NCBI GenBank assembly: GCA_002269645.1
Contig: NIVC01000351.1
Span: 1 to 37,456, forward strand
Reading direction: 5' to 3'
Length of the DNA: 37,456 nt
Source of the DNA: Macrostomum lignano
Lineage: Eukaryota
Shown: in pieces, positions 1-13,046 of the stretch
Position numbering within the stretch: the first letter of the stretch is position 1
Layout: every line of letters begins with the position of its first letter
Notes under the pieces: generated by a model
The model's input: the letters and a program-made list of their open reading frames with translations, nothing else
The model's database searches: none
Told to the model about the DNA's origin: nothing
Position numbers and translations under genes: made by a program

Positions 1-945
1 AGACTAATGTCCCCTGATCTAGTCTAATCTAGACTAATGTCCCCTGATCTAGTCTAATGTCCCCTGATCTAGTCTAATAGACTAATGTCCCCTGATCTAG
101 TCTAATCTAGACTAATGTCCCCTGATCTAGTCTTATGTCCCCTGATCTAGTCTAATCTAGACTAATGTCCCCTGATCTAGTCTAATCTAGACTAATGTCC
201 CCTGATCTAGTCTAATCTAGACTAATGTCCCCTGATCTAGTCTAATGTCCCCTGATCTAGTCTAATGTCCCCTGATCTAGTCTAATCTAGACTAATGTCC
301 CCTGATCTAGTCTAATGTCCCCTGATCTAGTCTAATGTCCCCTGATCTAGTCTAATGTCCCCTGATCTAGTCTAATCTAGACTAATGTCCCCTGATCTAG
401 TCTAATGTCCCCTGATCTAGTCTAATCTAGACTAATGTCACCTGATCAAGTCTAATCTAGTCCAATGTGACCTAATCTAGTCGAATGTCACCTGATCTAG
501 TCTAATCTAGTCTAATGTGACCTGATCTAGTCTAATCTAATCTAATGTGACCTGATCTAGTCTAATCTAGTCTAATGTGACCTGATCTAGTCTAATCTAG
601 TCTAATGTGACCTGATCTAGTCTAATCTAGTCTAATGTGACCTGATTTAGTCTAATCTAGTCTAATGTGACCTGATCTAGTCTAATCTAGTCTAATGTGA
701 CCTGATCTAGTCTAATCTAGTCTAATGTGACCTGATCTAGTCTAATCTAGTCTAATGTGACCTGATCTAGTCTAATCTAGTCTAATGTCCCCTGATCTAG
801 TCTAATCTAGTCTAATGTGACCTGATCTAGTCTAATCTAGTCTAATGTGACCTGATCTAGTCTAATCTAGTCTAATGTGACCTGATCTAGTGTAATCTAG
901 TCTAATGTGACCTGATCAAATCTAATATAGTCTAGTGTAACCTAT
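1..945. repeat. Satellite built from 10-nt modules (20/30-bp units, TCTAATCTAG-ACTAATGTCC-CCTGATCTAG drifting to ...TCTAATGTGA-CCTGATCTAG)
   Basis: Tandem repetition read directly; runs off the window start. Confidence 0.95.
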
Positions 946-1007
946 GCCACAATGATCTACTCTAATATACTCTAATCTACTCTAAGCTAATCCAATCAAA
1001 TCTACAG

Positions 1008-3642
1008 ACGCACCTCGAACTCGACTGGGACGGCTCGGATGACAGTAACTTCACGTGCACCCCGTCCCGACGTCAAGCATTCGAGGCCGAGTCAGAGGCC
1101 CGAGCAGCCGCGGCCAAGCCGGAGTTTCACCTGTCGGAGCCGGCCAAGCCGCTGCATCACCGGTGCACCAGCCAGGCCATTAGCTACGACAAGCGGCTGC
1201 CGACCAGCGGGCCGCACCGACCGCTCTGGCCAGTGTGGGGCCGCTACATCTACGTGCCGGCTCAGCGGTGGCTGCACAGCCTCGAGCACGGCGGCATCGT
1301 CGGCCTGTACCATCCGTGCGCCCCGGCCGAGCAGGTGGAAGCCTTCGCTGATGCCATCGCGGGCTGCCTGCGGCGGCACGTCATTGCGGCTGACGGCGTG
1401 CGACTGCGGCCTGACAGGGTATGGGGCTGGTGATGGGGCTGGTGATGGGGTTGGTGATGGGGTTGGTGATGGGGTTGGTGATGGGGTTGGTGATGGGGCT
1501 GGTGATCGGGCTGGTGATGGGGTTGGTGATGAGGTTGGTGATGGGGTTGGTGATGGGGCTGGTGATGGGGCTGGTGATCGGGCTGGTGATGGGTTGGTGA
1601 TGGGGTTGGTGATGGGGCTGGTTATGGGGCTGGTGATGGGGCTGGTGATGGGGCTGGTGATGGGGCTGGTGATGGGGCTGGTGATGGGGCTGGTGATGGG
1701 GCTGGTGATGGGGCTGGTGATGGGGCTGGTGATGGGGCTGGTGATAGGGCTGGTGATGGGGTTGGTGATGGGGTTGGGAGATGGGTTGGTGATGGGGTTG
1801 GTGATGGGGTTTGTGATGGGGTTGGTGATGAGGTTGGGAGATGGGTTGGTGATGGGGTTGGTGATGGGGTTTGTGATGGGGTTGGTGATGAGGTTAGTGA
1901 TGGGGTTGGTGATGGGGTTGGTGTTGGGGTTGGTGATGGGGTTGGTGATGGGGTTGGTAATGGGGCTGGTGATCGGGCTGGTGATGGGGCTGGTGATGGG
2001 GCTGGTGATGGGGCTGGTGATGGGGTTGGTGATGGGGTTGGTGATGGGGTTGGTGATGGGGTTGGGAGATGGGTTGGTGATGGGGTTGGTGATGAGGTTG
2101 GTGATGGGGTTGGTGATGGAGTTGGGGGATGGAATTGGGATGGGATTGGGAATGGGATGGGGGTGGGATTTAAGGATGGGATTAGGGATGGGATTAGGGA
2201 TGGGATTATGGATGGGATTAGGGATGGGATTATGGATGGGATTAGGGATGGGATTAGGGATGGGATTAGGGATGGGATTAGGGATGGGATTAGGGATGGG
2301 ATTAGGGATGGGATTAGGGATGGGATTAGGGATGGGATGGGATTAGGGATGGGATTAGGGATGGGATTAGGGATGGGATTAGGGATGGGATTAGGGATGG
2401 GATTAGGGATGGGATTAGGGATGGGATTAAGGATGGGATTAGGGATGGGATTTAGGATTTGGCCTGGGTCAGATATCAAGACTGGATTTAATGTTTGGAT
2501 TATTTCGAAAAAAAGTCAATTAAACAATATGTACAAAACTATCCAACTGATCAACGTTTTTACAGCCATTCGCTCTTCTGGCTTACCGCAACAAGGTTTT
2601 GATGGCAAACTATGATAGAGGCACCGTTGAGAGCTTCATCTTGGTGAGTTGCAATATAAAAATGGGAAAGAATCAAAGTACAGACAGTTAGCAAGACAGG
2701 TACCAATACAGACACTAATAAAGGCACTGATGCAGACACAAAATGGACACTACTACAGGCACTATTGCAGACACTACTGCAGATACTAATACAGAATCTA
2801 CTACAGATACTACTACAGAATACAGACACTTACTACAGACACTACTACAGATACTACTACAGACTCTACTACTACAGGCACTGCCATAGATACTACTACA
2901 GACACTACCACATTTACTACTACAGACACTACTACAGATACTACTACAGACACTACTACAGATACTACTACAGACACTGCTACAGACACTGCTACAGACA
3001 CTGCTACAGACACTGCTACAGACACTGCTACAGACACTGCTACAGACACTGCTACAGCCACTACTACAGACACTGCTACAGACACTACTACAGACACTGC
3101 TACAGACACTACTACAGACACTGCTACAGACACTACTACAGACACTGCTACAGACACTGCTACAGACACTGCTACAGACACTGCTACAGACACTGCTACA
3201 GACACTGCTACAGACACTGCTACAGACACTGCTACAGACACTGCTACAGACACTGCTACAGACACTGCTACAGACACTACTACAGACACTGCTACAGACA
3301 CTGCTACAGACACTGCTACAGACACTACTACAGACACTGCTACAGACACTGCTACAGACACTGCTACAGACACTGCTACAGACACTGCTACAGACACTGC
3401 TACAGACACTGCTACAGACACTGCTACAGACACTGCTACAGACACTACCACAGCTTCTAAGCCATCCAGAGTCAGGCAGCCCCGCCCCCACTCTGCAGAG
3501 CCACGCCCTCAGAGGCCCGGAGCGCACGCCGCGTCAAGGCCAATACAGCCTCGGCCTGGTCACCCCGGCCAGCAATGTCACAGACTACCAAGACAGCATC
3601 CTGTGTCCCGGACGGGTGAACCGGACCCAGCTGCATTCGTGA
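1008..3642 (+). CDS. DUF3105 / TP53I13-like protein, 3' exons 1008-1418, 2566-2643, 3499-3642 (5' exon(s) not found in window)
   Basis: AG/GT-bounded phase-0 exons join in frame: ...[53 protein letters not shown]...PDR|[26 protein letters not shown]|[37 protein letters not shown]...*. The PTSGPH and LHxLEHG motifs are recalled as DUF3105 signatures. Confidence 0.8.
1425..2455 (+). repeat. G-rich intronic minisatellite: (GGTGATGGGGYT)n-type changing to (GGGATTAGGGAT)n
   Basis: Direct reading; accounts for ORFs 1039..2346, 1622..2479 and 2157..2615. Confidence 0.95.
2745..3450. repeat. 12-bp minisatellite (ACAGACACTRCT)n in intron
   Basis: Direct reading; accounts for the SVCS/RHCY/VAVS ORFs. 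Confidence 0.95.
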
Positions 3643-4859
3643 TCACTGATGCTGCACCAACTGCCTGCTTCCCCTGCTGCTATATGGGGAACTTTATTGT
3701 TCAGCTTCAAAGTTCAGTCAACATCTGATGAAGTTTGTGTGAAGCAGACAAATATAATAATCTAAAAAAAGTTAATTAGGGCGGTCACCTACACATCCGG
3801 GAATGATGAGATATCATAGCAGTTAGTTAGGCTGCTTCTGTTTGAGGTAGGTGAAATTTGTTCTGACGTTTTAATTAATACTCGTACGAGACGGGTTAAG
3901 GCACTTTAAAATAATTTGTTTTTGATTTTTTTAATTTTGTTTTATTTCTGCTAAGGGCCACGGGTTGTCGGACACGCAACTTACTTCTTGTACCAAAACA
4001 GCAACACAGAAGAAAGCTCGCACTGGTTTTTATCATTATCTCCTACTTGCAGTAGCAAGTTAAGCCTATGAGGCTATTATTGTCTGAATTTAATAAACCG
4101 AGCACTAAACCCAGTTCAGAAAAATGACTTACTAAGATTATAAAAATAAGCTGAATATTTGAGCTTGAGACTGCAAAGTTAAGCAGAGCTGGGCCCGGTT
4201 AGTACGCAGCTAAATAGGCTGCCTTCAAAGTAGCTACAAGGTCGCCACAGCCTCATCAGCTGCAGACAAACCAAACAGCTGCACTCTCTTGGGAAATTGC
4301 CGAGTGTTATCCCCAACCCTGCTGGAACTGGAATTATGGGATCTGCTGGCAGATTTCCCACCGAATTTCAGTGATGAAGCAAAGCGAAAAGATCCTCATG
4401 GAGAATGGCGGAGCGCGGCAGAGTGTCTCTCCGCCAGCTTCAGGCAAAGTCAGCCTTATCAATCTTTTATTTGCATGCAAAGCAGCGGAGGACAAAATAA
4501 TCAATCAATCCATTCTTGGAATCCAGATTATCTGTAAAAAGTGCGAAAAAGTCACGAGCTTAGCCGTGAGATTAGCACTCGACCATGTCAGCCTTCTGAC
4601 AGCGTGAAGGCTTCAAGGGTTCGCGACCTTGAGATTAAATTAGTGATGCCCTAAAGTCCATACTTGTTATGTGGTGGATTTCCACTGAGCCGTTAATGTT
4701 GATAAAAGTTGTAAAATGACTTCTTCGCTTAGCTGAGCAAACAGCTGCCGATTTCATGTTTTATTCATTAGGTTCATTTCCTGTTATTTTGCTTCAATTT
4801 CACATTTCTATGCAGACTGCATTTACCTCACCAATCTCTGCTTTTGCTCATTTGTGACT

Positions 4860-5495
4860 GCCTCTCCAGGTCTCTGGCGCCTCTCCCTGCATCTCCAGGT
4901 CTCTGGCGCCTCTCCCTGCCTCTCCATGTCTCTGGCGCCTCTCCCTCCCTCTCCATGTCTCTGGCGCCTCTCCCTGCCTCTCCAGGTCTCTGGCGCCTCT
5001 CCCTGCCTCTCCAGGTCTCTGGCGCCTCTCCCTGCATCTCCAGGTCTCTGGCGCCTCTCCCTCCCTCTCCATGTCTCTGGCGCCTCTCCCTCCCTCTCCA
5101 TGTCTCTGGCGCCTCTCCCTGCCTCTCCAGGTCTCTGGCGCCTCTTCCTGCATCTCCAGGTCTCTGGCGCCTCTTCCTGCATCTCCAGGTCTCTGGCGCC
5201 TCTTCCTGCCTCTCCAGGTCTCTGGCGCCTCTTCCTGCATCTCCAGGTCTCTGGCGCCTCTTCCTGCATCTCCAGGTCTCTGGCGCCTCTTCCTGCATCT
5301 CCAGGTCTCTGGCGCCTCTTCCTGCCTCTCCAGGTCTCTGGCGCCTCTCCCTGCCTCTCCATGACTCTGGCGCCTCTTCCTGCCTATCCAGGTCTCTGGC
5401 GCCTCTTCCTGCCTCTCCAGGTCTCTGGCGCCTCTTCCTGCATCTCCAGGTCTCTGGCGCCTCTTCCTGCATCTCCAGGTCTCTGGCGCCTCTCC
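4860..5495. repeat. 29-bp minisatellite TCCAGGTCTCTGGCGCCTCTYCCTGCMTC
   Basis: Direct reading; the translated ORFs repeat every 29 aa. Confidence 0.95.
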
Positions 5496-6202
5496 CTGCC
5501 TCTCTACCTCTCCCCGCCTCTCTACCTCTCCCTGCCTCTCTCTACCTCTCCCGCCTCTCTGTATTTTCCAACTGTCTCTATAAATAAAGTATGGCAACCA
5601 TGACCGGGTGAATTTTAGCAATATGGATAATTTTAGGATCATAGCTATAGCCAATAAGCTCCCTAATTAAACAACATCACTAATAATAGGGGCAGTGCCA
5701 GCCATCTCTGTCAAATCCTCGCACACGCTTCAAGCACGATAAGTACCGGCTTGTGGTATCTACCGGGTCCCTGCAGCTCAGGACGTTGGTCCAAATTTTT
5801 TGGCCGTCATGCCAGACTCAAGGATGCCTATTATAATAATTATTATAAGCTCTCGCTGGACTCCCTCTTCAAGATCTAAATTTAGAAACTGGGTAAGCTA
5901 AGAAAAACAATTTTCCTTCGCATTAATCGGTCCCCTGTGTTGCTTAATTCCGTCAATAGCTTTCAAGCTGACCGGATCGAATACCGGAGTTGGGATCGTC
6001 TTTAAAAATATTCCCCAAGATTTCGTAAGTCCAACATCGATATTTTCAAGCTCACACGAGTACAGCACGAAATTCTCCGGGGCTAAAAGAATCGATGCTC
6101 AGGTTGGGCCAATAGCAGCGGTTTGGGATGGGTAGACTTAAGCGCGTGGTCTTCTGTTTTGAAAATCCGAAAGAAAGCTGCTTCAGTTCAAGGCTTCAAG
6201 CA

Positions 6203-7327
6203 ATGGAAATTCAAGAACTGCCGGAGTCCCCAAAAAGGCCGCAACTATGGGTGGCACCCTGCTCTGGGGGTGGAAATGACAGGACCGGAAGTGGGACTAG
6301 AATCCAACGCGGAACAAGAAGTGAAACTAGAATTCAAAGCGAAATCAGAATTGGAACTAGAATCCAAAGCGGAACCGGAAGCGGAGCTGGAGGAATCCAA
6401 AGCGGAACCGGAAGTCGACCTGGAATTCAAAGCGGAACCGGAAGTATGGCTGGAATCCAAAGCAGAACCGGAAGTCGACCTGGAATCCAGAGCGGAACCG
6501 GAAGTATGGCTGGAGTCCAAACTGGAACCGGAAGCGGAGCTGCAGGAATCCAAAGCGGAACCGGAAGTCGACATGAAATCCAAAACGAAACCGGAAGTCT
6601 ACCTGGAATCCAGAGCGGAACCGGAAGCATGGTTGGAATCCAAAGCGGAACCGGAAGCGGATCTGGAGGAACCCAAACCGGAACCGGAAGAGGAGCTGGA
6701 GGAAACCAAACCGGAACCGGAAGCGGACCTGGAATTCAAGGCAAAACCGGAAACCAGACCGGAGATGGAACTCAAGCCAGCAGCGATAGCACCACCGAAA
6801 GCATCGCTAAAAACTGGTGCGGCATCGGAAGCGGCACGACTGCCGCCACAGTTGGCTGCATCGCAGCACTCGGATGAGCGGATATCGAAGCCGGAAACGT
6901 CAACGCGGATGCCAGCAGCAGATGTCAGGCACAGCTTAATTGTCAGCCGTTGCAGCAGCAGCAGCCGCCGCCGCTGCCGTCGCTGTCCTCCACGCTTAGT
7001 CGCGATCGTCGAACTCAGCCGGGCAACGCGCAGGGCACAACCTACCTGGGCATGTCGCTGATCACCTGCCTGTGCTTCAACTGCCTGCTCGGCTCGGTGG
7101 CGGTGGCCCTGTCGCTCAGGTCGCACCGGCTTCTACTGGCCAGAGACTGGCGTCGGGCCGCCCGGCTGGGCCGGTGGGCGCTGGCCGTCAGCGCGGCCGG
7201 CATCCTCAGCAGCATGGCGGCGGTGGCGCTGCTGTTCACTGAGGCGGGAGGCTTCGGCGGCAGCTTCGGCGTGGCAGGCGGCCGCCAGAACGATGGGGTT
7301 TCGGGTATGACCAGGACCCGGCCATGA
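6203..7327 (+). CDS. CD225/dispanin (IFITM/PRRT-like) membrane protein with a GIQSGTGS-repeat N-terminus; one in-frame TGA at 6875-6877 (possible pseudogene allele or error)
   Basis: C-terminal TYLGMSLITCLCFNCLLGSVAVALSLRSHRLLLARDWRRAARLGRWALAVSAAGILSSMAAVALLF fits the CD225 layout (hydrophobic segment with Cys, basic loop, TM helix). ORFs 6128..6877 and 6950..7327 share one frame. Confidence 0.65.
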
Positions 7328-8345
7328 ACTGTGAAGGGTTTGGCAAGGGAGTTGTCGTGCGATTCACAGCCAAGAGGGCCAGTTCCGAGGCCCTGAGAGT
7401 GTACATGCCGTTGTACACCCTGTGTGAGCGTGTGTGTGAGTGCGTGCGTTTGAATAAGCTTAATTATACCCATCTTCGTGCTTAAAATAATTTTAAGAGC
7501 TTCAGAAATGTTAATGGTAACATTGGATGAAAAATCTTGTTAGGGTGTCCATAGACATCTGGTGCCATCTGTTGAAGGTGCCGATGGCGTCTGTGTGATG
7601 ACGGAATGCTTGAGAGACTAGCTGAAGGTGTCTAGCAGCTGAGGCTTGCCCACTGTCGAAGCTTGATCAGCGAAACTCGAGAAATTCGCAACAGGGTGTC
7701 CAAAGTCGTCACCTGGTGCTACCTGTTAGAGGTCCAGAAGCTCCGTCTGGGTGACACATGTGGTCCGACGTGCTGATGAAATTTGGAGGCTTGGCAAGGC
7801 AGCACTGAGGCGCACAGGGTGTACTGAATACACTGGCGCTTGTGGGACAAATCAGACCTTCTGGCAGAATCGTCGAATATCTCGACAGTCCGGAATGCTG
7901 ACGACTTGATTCTTATTTGAGAAGCTGTGCAATAAAAAGTTTGCGCGAACTCTTGAATTTTTTGTGCGCTTGCAGTGCTCCGTTCCGACGTAGCAAAAAG
8001 CCATAATAAATAAAATAAATAAATATGCGAGCCAATCTGTAATACGATTGACAGCTTGAAAACCAGTCCAGTAATTATTGCACTTAACAAACAAAAACAA
8101 GAAACAATTTTTTATTAGTATAGAAAAAATTGATTAGAAGAGAAATATGAAGAAAAGGCTGAATTTACACTACAGCAGTGCCAGACTAGCATCAGAATTC
8201 GATTTGCGAGGTACAAATAGAGGTCAGTAGTAAATGAAGAAAACAATTTCTTAGTATAATTTAAAGCAAGCTCTCTCGCAAGAGAAAAAAAATCGATTTT
8301 TGTTAGAGAGAAACAGCTGTTTCAGATGGTCAGATAAGCACGCAA

Positions 8346-8752
8346 AGGGGCGTAACCAGGAAGCCACATCATCTGTGGGAGCGTCAAATCATTACTGGGT
8401 CTAATCTCAAGCCAGGAGCTTTAGCACCAGAGGCTTTAGCACAGCAGCGCCAGCACCGGGCTTTAGCACCAGGGGCTTTAGCACCAGGGGCTTTAGCACC
8501 AGAGGCTTTAGCACCAGAGGCTTTAGCACAGCAGCGCCAGCACCGGGCTTTAGCACCAGGGGCTTTAGCACCAGAGGCTTTAGCACCAGAGGCTTTAGCA
8601 CGGCAGCGCCAGCACCGGGCTTTAGCACCAGGGGCTTTAGCACCAGAGGCTTTCGCACAGCAGCGCCAGCACCGGGCTTTAGCACCAGGGGCTTTAGCAA
8701 TAGGGGCGCCGTTTGAGGGGGCGCCAGCAACTTGGCCCTTGGCTACGCCTCT
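8346..8752. mobile_element. MITE-like element with imperfect terminal inverted repeats and an internal 15-bp (GGCTTTAGCACCAGR) array
   Basis: Left end AGGGGCGTAACCAGGA versus reverse complement of right end AGAGGCGTAGCCAAGG (13/16 identical); no clear TSD. Confidence 0.5.
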
Positions 8753-9061
8753 AGGAATACTTACATGTAATCTAATCATCTACTTGACTAAGTGTAAATA
8801 TTTAAACTACATAATTACTTCACTGTTTGTCTAAAACAAGGAATAATACGCTTTACATTCGCCTCTCGCTACTTGCGAGTTAGCAATCAAGGACTGACAG
8901 TTGGGCAAGAAAACCCTCAACCAGAAAATTTGCGAGTAGGCGTGATAAAAATACATATTAAAATAGTAAAATAAAATCTTTTAAAATAAAAGCTGACGCA
9001 ATTCGACGTGGGAGCTGCAATAAACAAACATTGCTACTAACAGTAGCTGAATTCGACTGAG

Positions 9062-12000
9062 TCAAAGCGACTGAAATACGTTATACTTCTCAGAGAAAGA
9101 GACTGCGCTCATTTTGACTTGATTTCGGCGATTCTGCCCGATCCGGGCGCGCATGTCGGCCAGGCTGACATTGCCGAGCGGGTCAGCGCCGGTGGTCGGC
9201 GCGGCCGGCGGCGGCAGCTGCGACGGGGCGGACTTTTGTGGTAACGGTGCAGCTCTGAGAGACTGCGGCTGGCTCTCCTGCTGCTGAATGAGGCAGTTTA
9301 GAGAGGTTATGAGATGTTTGCCCAGGCTGGGGGTATGGGAAGTTCGCCTGGCAACTGAGGATCTGGGAGGCTGGCCTAGCAACTGAAAATCTGGCAGGCT
9401 GGCACAGCAACTGATGATCTCGGAGGCTGGCCCAGCAACTGAGGATCTGGGAAGGAGGTTGGCGCAGCAACCGAGGATGTGGGAGGCTGTCCCAGCAACT
9501 GAGGATCTGGTAGGCTGGCTCAGCAAATGAGGATCTGGTAGGCTGGCTCAGCAAATGAGGATCTGGTAGGCTGGTTCAGCAACTGAGAATCTGGGAGGCT
9601 GGCACAGCAACTGAGGATCTGGTAGGCTGGCTCAGCAAATGAGAATCTGGGAGGCTGGCACAGCAACTGAGGATCTGGGAGGCTGGCACAGCAACTGAGG
9701 ATCTGGGAGGCTGGCCCAGCAACTGAGGATCTGGGAGGCTGGCACAGCAACTGAGGATCTGGTAGGCTGGCACAGCAACTGAGGATCTGGTAGGCTGGCA
9801 CAGCAACTGAGGATCTGGGAGGCTGGCACAGCAACTGAGGATCTGGGAGGCTGGCACAGCAACTGAGGATCTGGGAGGCTGTCCCAGCAAATGAGGATCT
9901 GGTAGGCTGGCACAGCAACTGAGGATCTGGTAGGCTGGCACAGCAACTGAGGATCTGGGAGGCTGGCACAGCAACTGAGGATCTGGGAGGCTGGCACAGC
10001 AACTGAGGATCTGGGAGGCTGGCACAGCAACTGAGGATCTGGGAGGCTGGCTGGCACAGCAACTGAGGATCTGGGAGGCTGGCACAGCAACTGAGAATCT
10101 GGGAGGCTGGCACAGCAACTGAGAATCTGGAAGGCTGGCACAGCAACTGAGGATCTGGGAGGCTGGCACAGCAACTGAGGATCTGGGAGGCTGGCACAGC
10201 AACTGAGGATCTGGGAGGGCCAGCGAGTGCAAGCAGCCAGCAGGCTCACCGGCGCCTCAGCAGACTGAACAGATGCGCTGTCGCTGGCCGCGGCGCAGTC
10301 GGCGTTGCCGCTGTCCTTCTCTGCCGACATGCTGGCCTCGACGGGCCGGCGGTCGGGCGTGACGCAACGAACAACGCCGGGCACGGCGGAGCTGAGCTGC
10401 AGGCCGGCTTGCCGGAAGCGCCGGAGCGACTGCGGGCTGCAGACGAACAGGTCGACCCGGCCCGGCTGCGCCTTCACCCGGCTGACCACCGTGGCGTGCG
10501 AGGCGTCTTCTGTGAGGGGGCAGTGCAATTTGTTAGACAGGGTATGACAGTCTGTTAGACAGGGTAGATAGAAGCCTGTTAGACAGGGTGTATAGAAGTC
10601 TGTTAGACAGGATATAGAAATGAGGCAGCTTGTTATAAATCATCTATATTACTTATAGCAGTAGCTAATCGCAACTTTTTATCCTGGCCAATCAGCTTTT
10701 TGTTTAAATTACAGGTTTGTTAAAACGATACTTTGTTAAAAATTCCTTTTTATTTTTGTTTAAATGTCTTATGTTCACCCCCCTCCTTTGTCAACGATTA
10801 TATAAAGAGACAACTTGGACCGCCAAATATACAACTCGCGCTCACCCTCGTTTCTCAACTAAAAACTCAATAACTCTTAGCGATTGGAGTGTTCAACCTT
10901 AAACTTCCGCTAAGACTTGTTTTCGCTTTTTTATTTATTGAATAGGGAAACTTGAGGTCGTGGAGACCAAGAATTAGGGATCTGAATAGGGAAACTTGAG
11001 GTCGTGGAGACCAAGAATTAGGGATCTGAATAGGGAAACTTGAGGTCGTGGAGACCAAGAATTAGGGATCTGAATAGGGAAACTTGAGGTCGTGGAGACC
11101 AAGAATTAGGGATCTGAATAGGGAAACTTGAGGTCGTGGAGACCAAGAATTAGGGATTTAAATAGGGAAACTTGAGGTCGTGGAGACCAAGAATTAGGGA
11201 TTTAAATAGGGAAACTTGAGGTCGTGGAGACCAAGAATTAGGGATTTAAATAGGGAAACTTGAGGTCGTGGAGACCAAGAATTAGGGATTTAATAGGGAA
11301 ACTTGAGGTCGTGGAGACCAAGAATTAGGGATTTAAATAGGGAAACTTGAGGTCGTGGAGACCAAGAATTAGGGATTTAAATAGGGAAACTTGAGGTCGT
11401 GGAGACCAAGAATTAGGGATTTAAATAGGGAAACTTGAGGTCGTGGAGACCAAGAATTAGGGATCTGAATAGGGAAACTTGAGGTCGTGGAGACCAAGCA
11501 TAGAAACCTGAGTAGGGAGATCGAGATCGTATAGATCTTAAGAAAGCCGTGCGGGCTAATAATAGACATTAAGGATTAGGCATTAGGAATAGTTTAGCTA
11601 CTGCTGGACACCCTTGATCCTCGGAAAACGCTAGACTTTCGGACTAAAACTAGGGAATTAGACAGTGTCTTACCGCTCGGGCACTACACGCTATCACAAG
11701 GTTTCCAAGAAATCGTGTGAAATTAGAGAAAGGTCATAGTTTAGGGCAGCCAATACCACTAGAAATAGACAGCTTAGTGATAAGAACCAGAAAGTCTGTA
11801 AAGATTCAGTAGCTTTAAGGTGAAATTGCAGTTAGGAACGATTACGTCGGCGACACTTGGTGGGATATCGAAGAAGAAGGAAACACGTCTGTGACAGAAA
11901 TCTGTTAGAAAGTTTACATACATCTATAGATCTTTTTGCCAAGTGTATTTAGGAACCCATCAGACACTACTATTCTAATATTTGACCTTGATTGGAAGCA

Positions 12001-13046
12001 ATTAAAAATAGAACTATTGGTATAGTATATAAACAAAAGCAACTTATAACAAGTTTTTCTGGGCAGAAATTAGTTTCATTGATTTTAGTTCATAAAAATG
12101 ATCATTGGGTACTAGACACAATTACATGCTTCATTCTAGGTAGTAATTTTAGGAATCTATCTCCAAAATTTGGCAGCTCTCTACTTGCCATGAATACATA
12201 TTTAGATAACTATATTATACTGTCTAAAGTTATATTTTACTTCTAGATTGTAATTTAGTATGCAAACTAAAACTATGTATTTGCATATCAAGTATTTTGC
12301 AATATTTGCAGTCAATTAGGTTTTAGGAAAAAGCTTCTCCAACTATATCTATATTAACACTCATTAAGTAGTGTTATACTGGGCCTACTTAAAATTTGTT
12401 GAAGCTTAATAATTGCCATCAGCATCAGATATAGCTATTTTATTATGTATCAATACATTTTGTAGCAAAAAAGAACAATACTCAATAATGACAAAACACA
12501 ACAATTTTTAGATAAAATAGATACCATCATATCATAATAAATAAATATCATCATATACACCATATTATATAAAAAACCCAGTCAAATAATTGCAATTTCT
12601 CTGTCCTTGATTACCATTAAAATATATAATATATCTTGAAAATCAATCAGCTCAAGGTTATTACTGAAAGTAATTATTTTTGTTTAAAGTAAAGCAAAGT
12701 AAAACAAACAACAATAAGATAAATAATACATGTAAACAAATTTTCACAAGAACAGCATACTGAAAATTTGAATAAAAACAGTGTAAGCTATATTGGATAT
12801 CTCGAAAAGTAGTTGTCAATAAACTAAGCAATAATGAATATACTTACCAACATTTATTCCATTGACTTCAATCACAATATCATTTGCTCGCAGACCACCA
12901 AGAGCAGCTGGAGACAGAGGATCAACTTTGCCAATAAACTGCCCTGTCTTCCCCTTCTCTGCATGAAGATTGAATCCATAACCAGCAAAGTCATCCCACT
13001 TTCTAAGCATGCATAGTCGTGGCTTCTGGTTTTCAGGAACATTCAT
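9062..13046 (-). CDS. NHERF1-like: NHERF/EBP50-like PDZ scaffold, 226 aa; exons complement(13046-12848, 10509-10250, 9283-9062)
   Basis: Exon phases join (199+260+222=681 nt): PRLCMLRKWDDFAGYGFNLHAEKGKTGQFIGKVDPLSPAALGGLRANDIVIEVNGINV|EDASHATVVSRVKA... The C-terminus SEKYNVFQSL* resembles the NHERF ERM-binding tail (KKNELFSNL). Confidence 0.85.
9345..10216. repeat. 28-bp minisatellite GGCTGGCACAGCAACTGAGGATCTGGGA in NHERF-like intron 2
   Basis: Direct reading; 28-aa period in the translated ORFs. Confidence 0.95.
10941..11500. repeat. 44-bp tandem array AATAGGGAAACTTGAGGTCGTGGAGACCAAGAATTAGGGATYTR, about 13 copies
   Basis: Successive copies start at 10941, 10985, and so on. Confidence 0.95.

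Noticed and set aside
4225-4265. CTGATGA motifs here (minus strand) and at about 18885 as extra hammerheads
   Set aside because: No GAAA after stem II and no cleavage triplet geometry
4179-4700. Short ORFs on both strands
   Set aside because: No recognisable domain and no consistent splice or frame chain
7322-7375. SECIS candidate ATGA-A-CTGTGAA...TTCACAG after the CD225 ORF
   Set aside because: The 7-bp stem is real, but there is no 3' GA of the non-Watson-Crick quartet and it overlaps the stop codon
7500-8100. Moderately GC-rich region with short minus-strand ORFs
   Set aside because: Stops in all frames and no recognisable homology; possibly a decayed repeat or pseudogene
10941-11500. 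44-bp array as a CRISPR array
   Set aside because: Copies are head-to-tail with no unique spacers, there are no cas genes, and the context is eukaryotic
10718-11870. Possible solo LTR (TGT start, TATATAAA, end ...GACA followed by TTGGTGG)
   Set aside because: No matching TSD, no second LTR, no gag/pol, and the putative PBS matches no tRNA 3' end that I recognise
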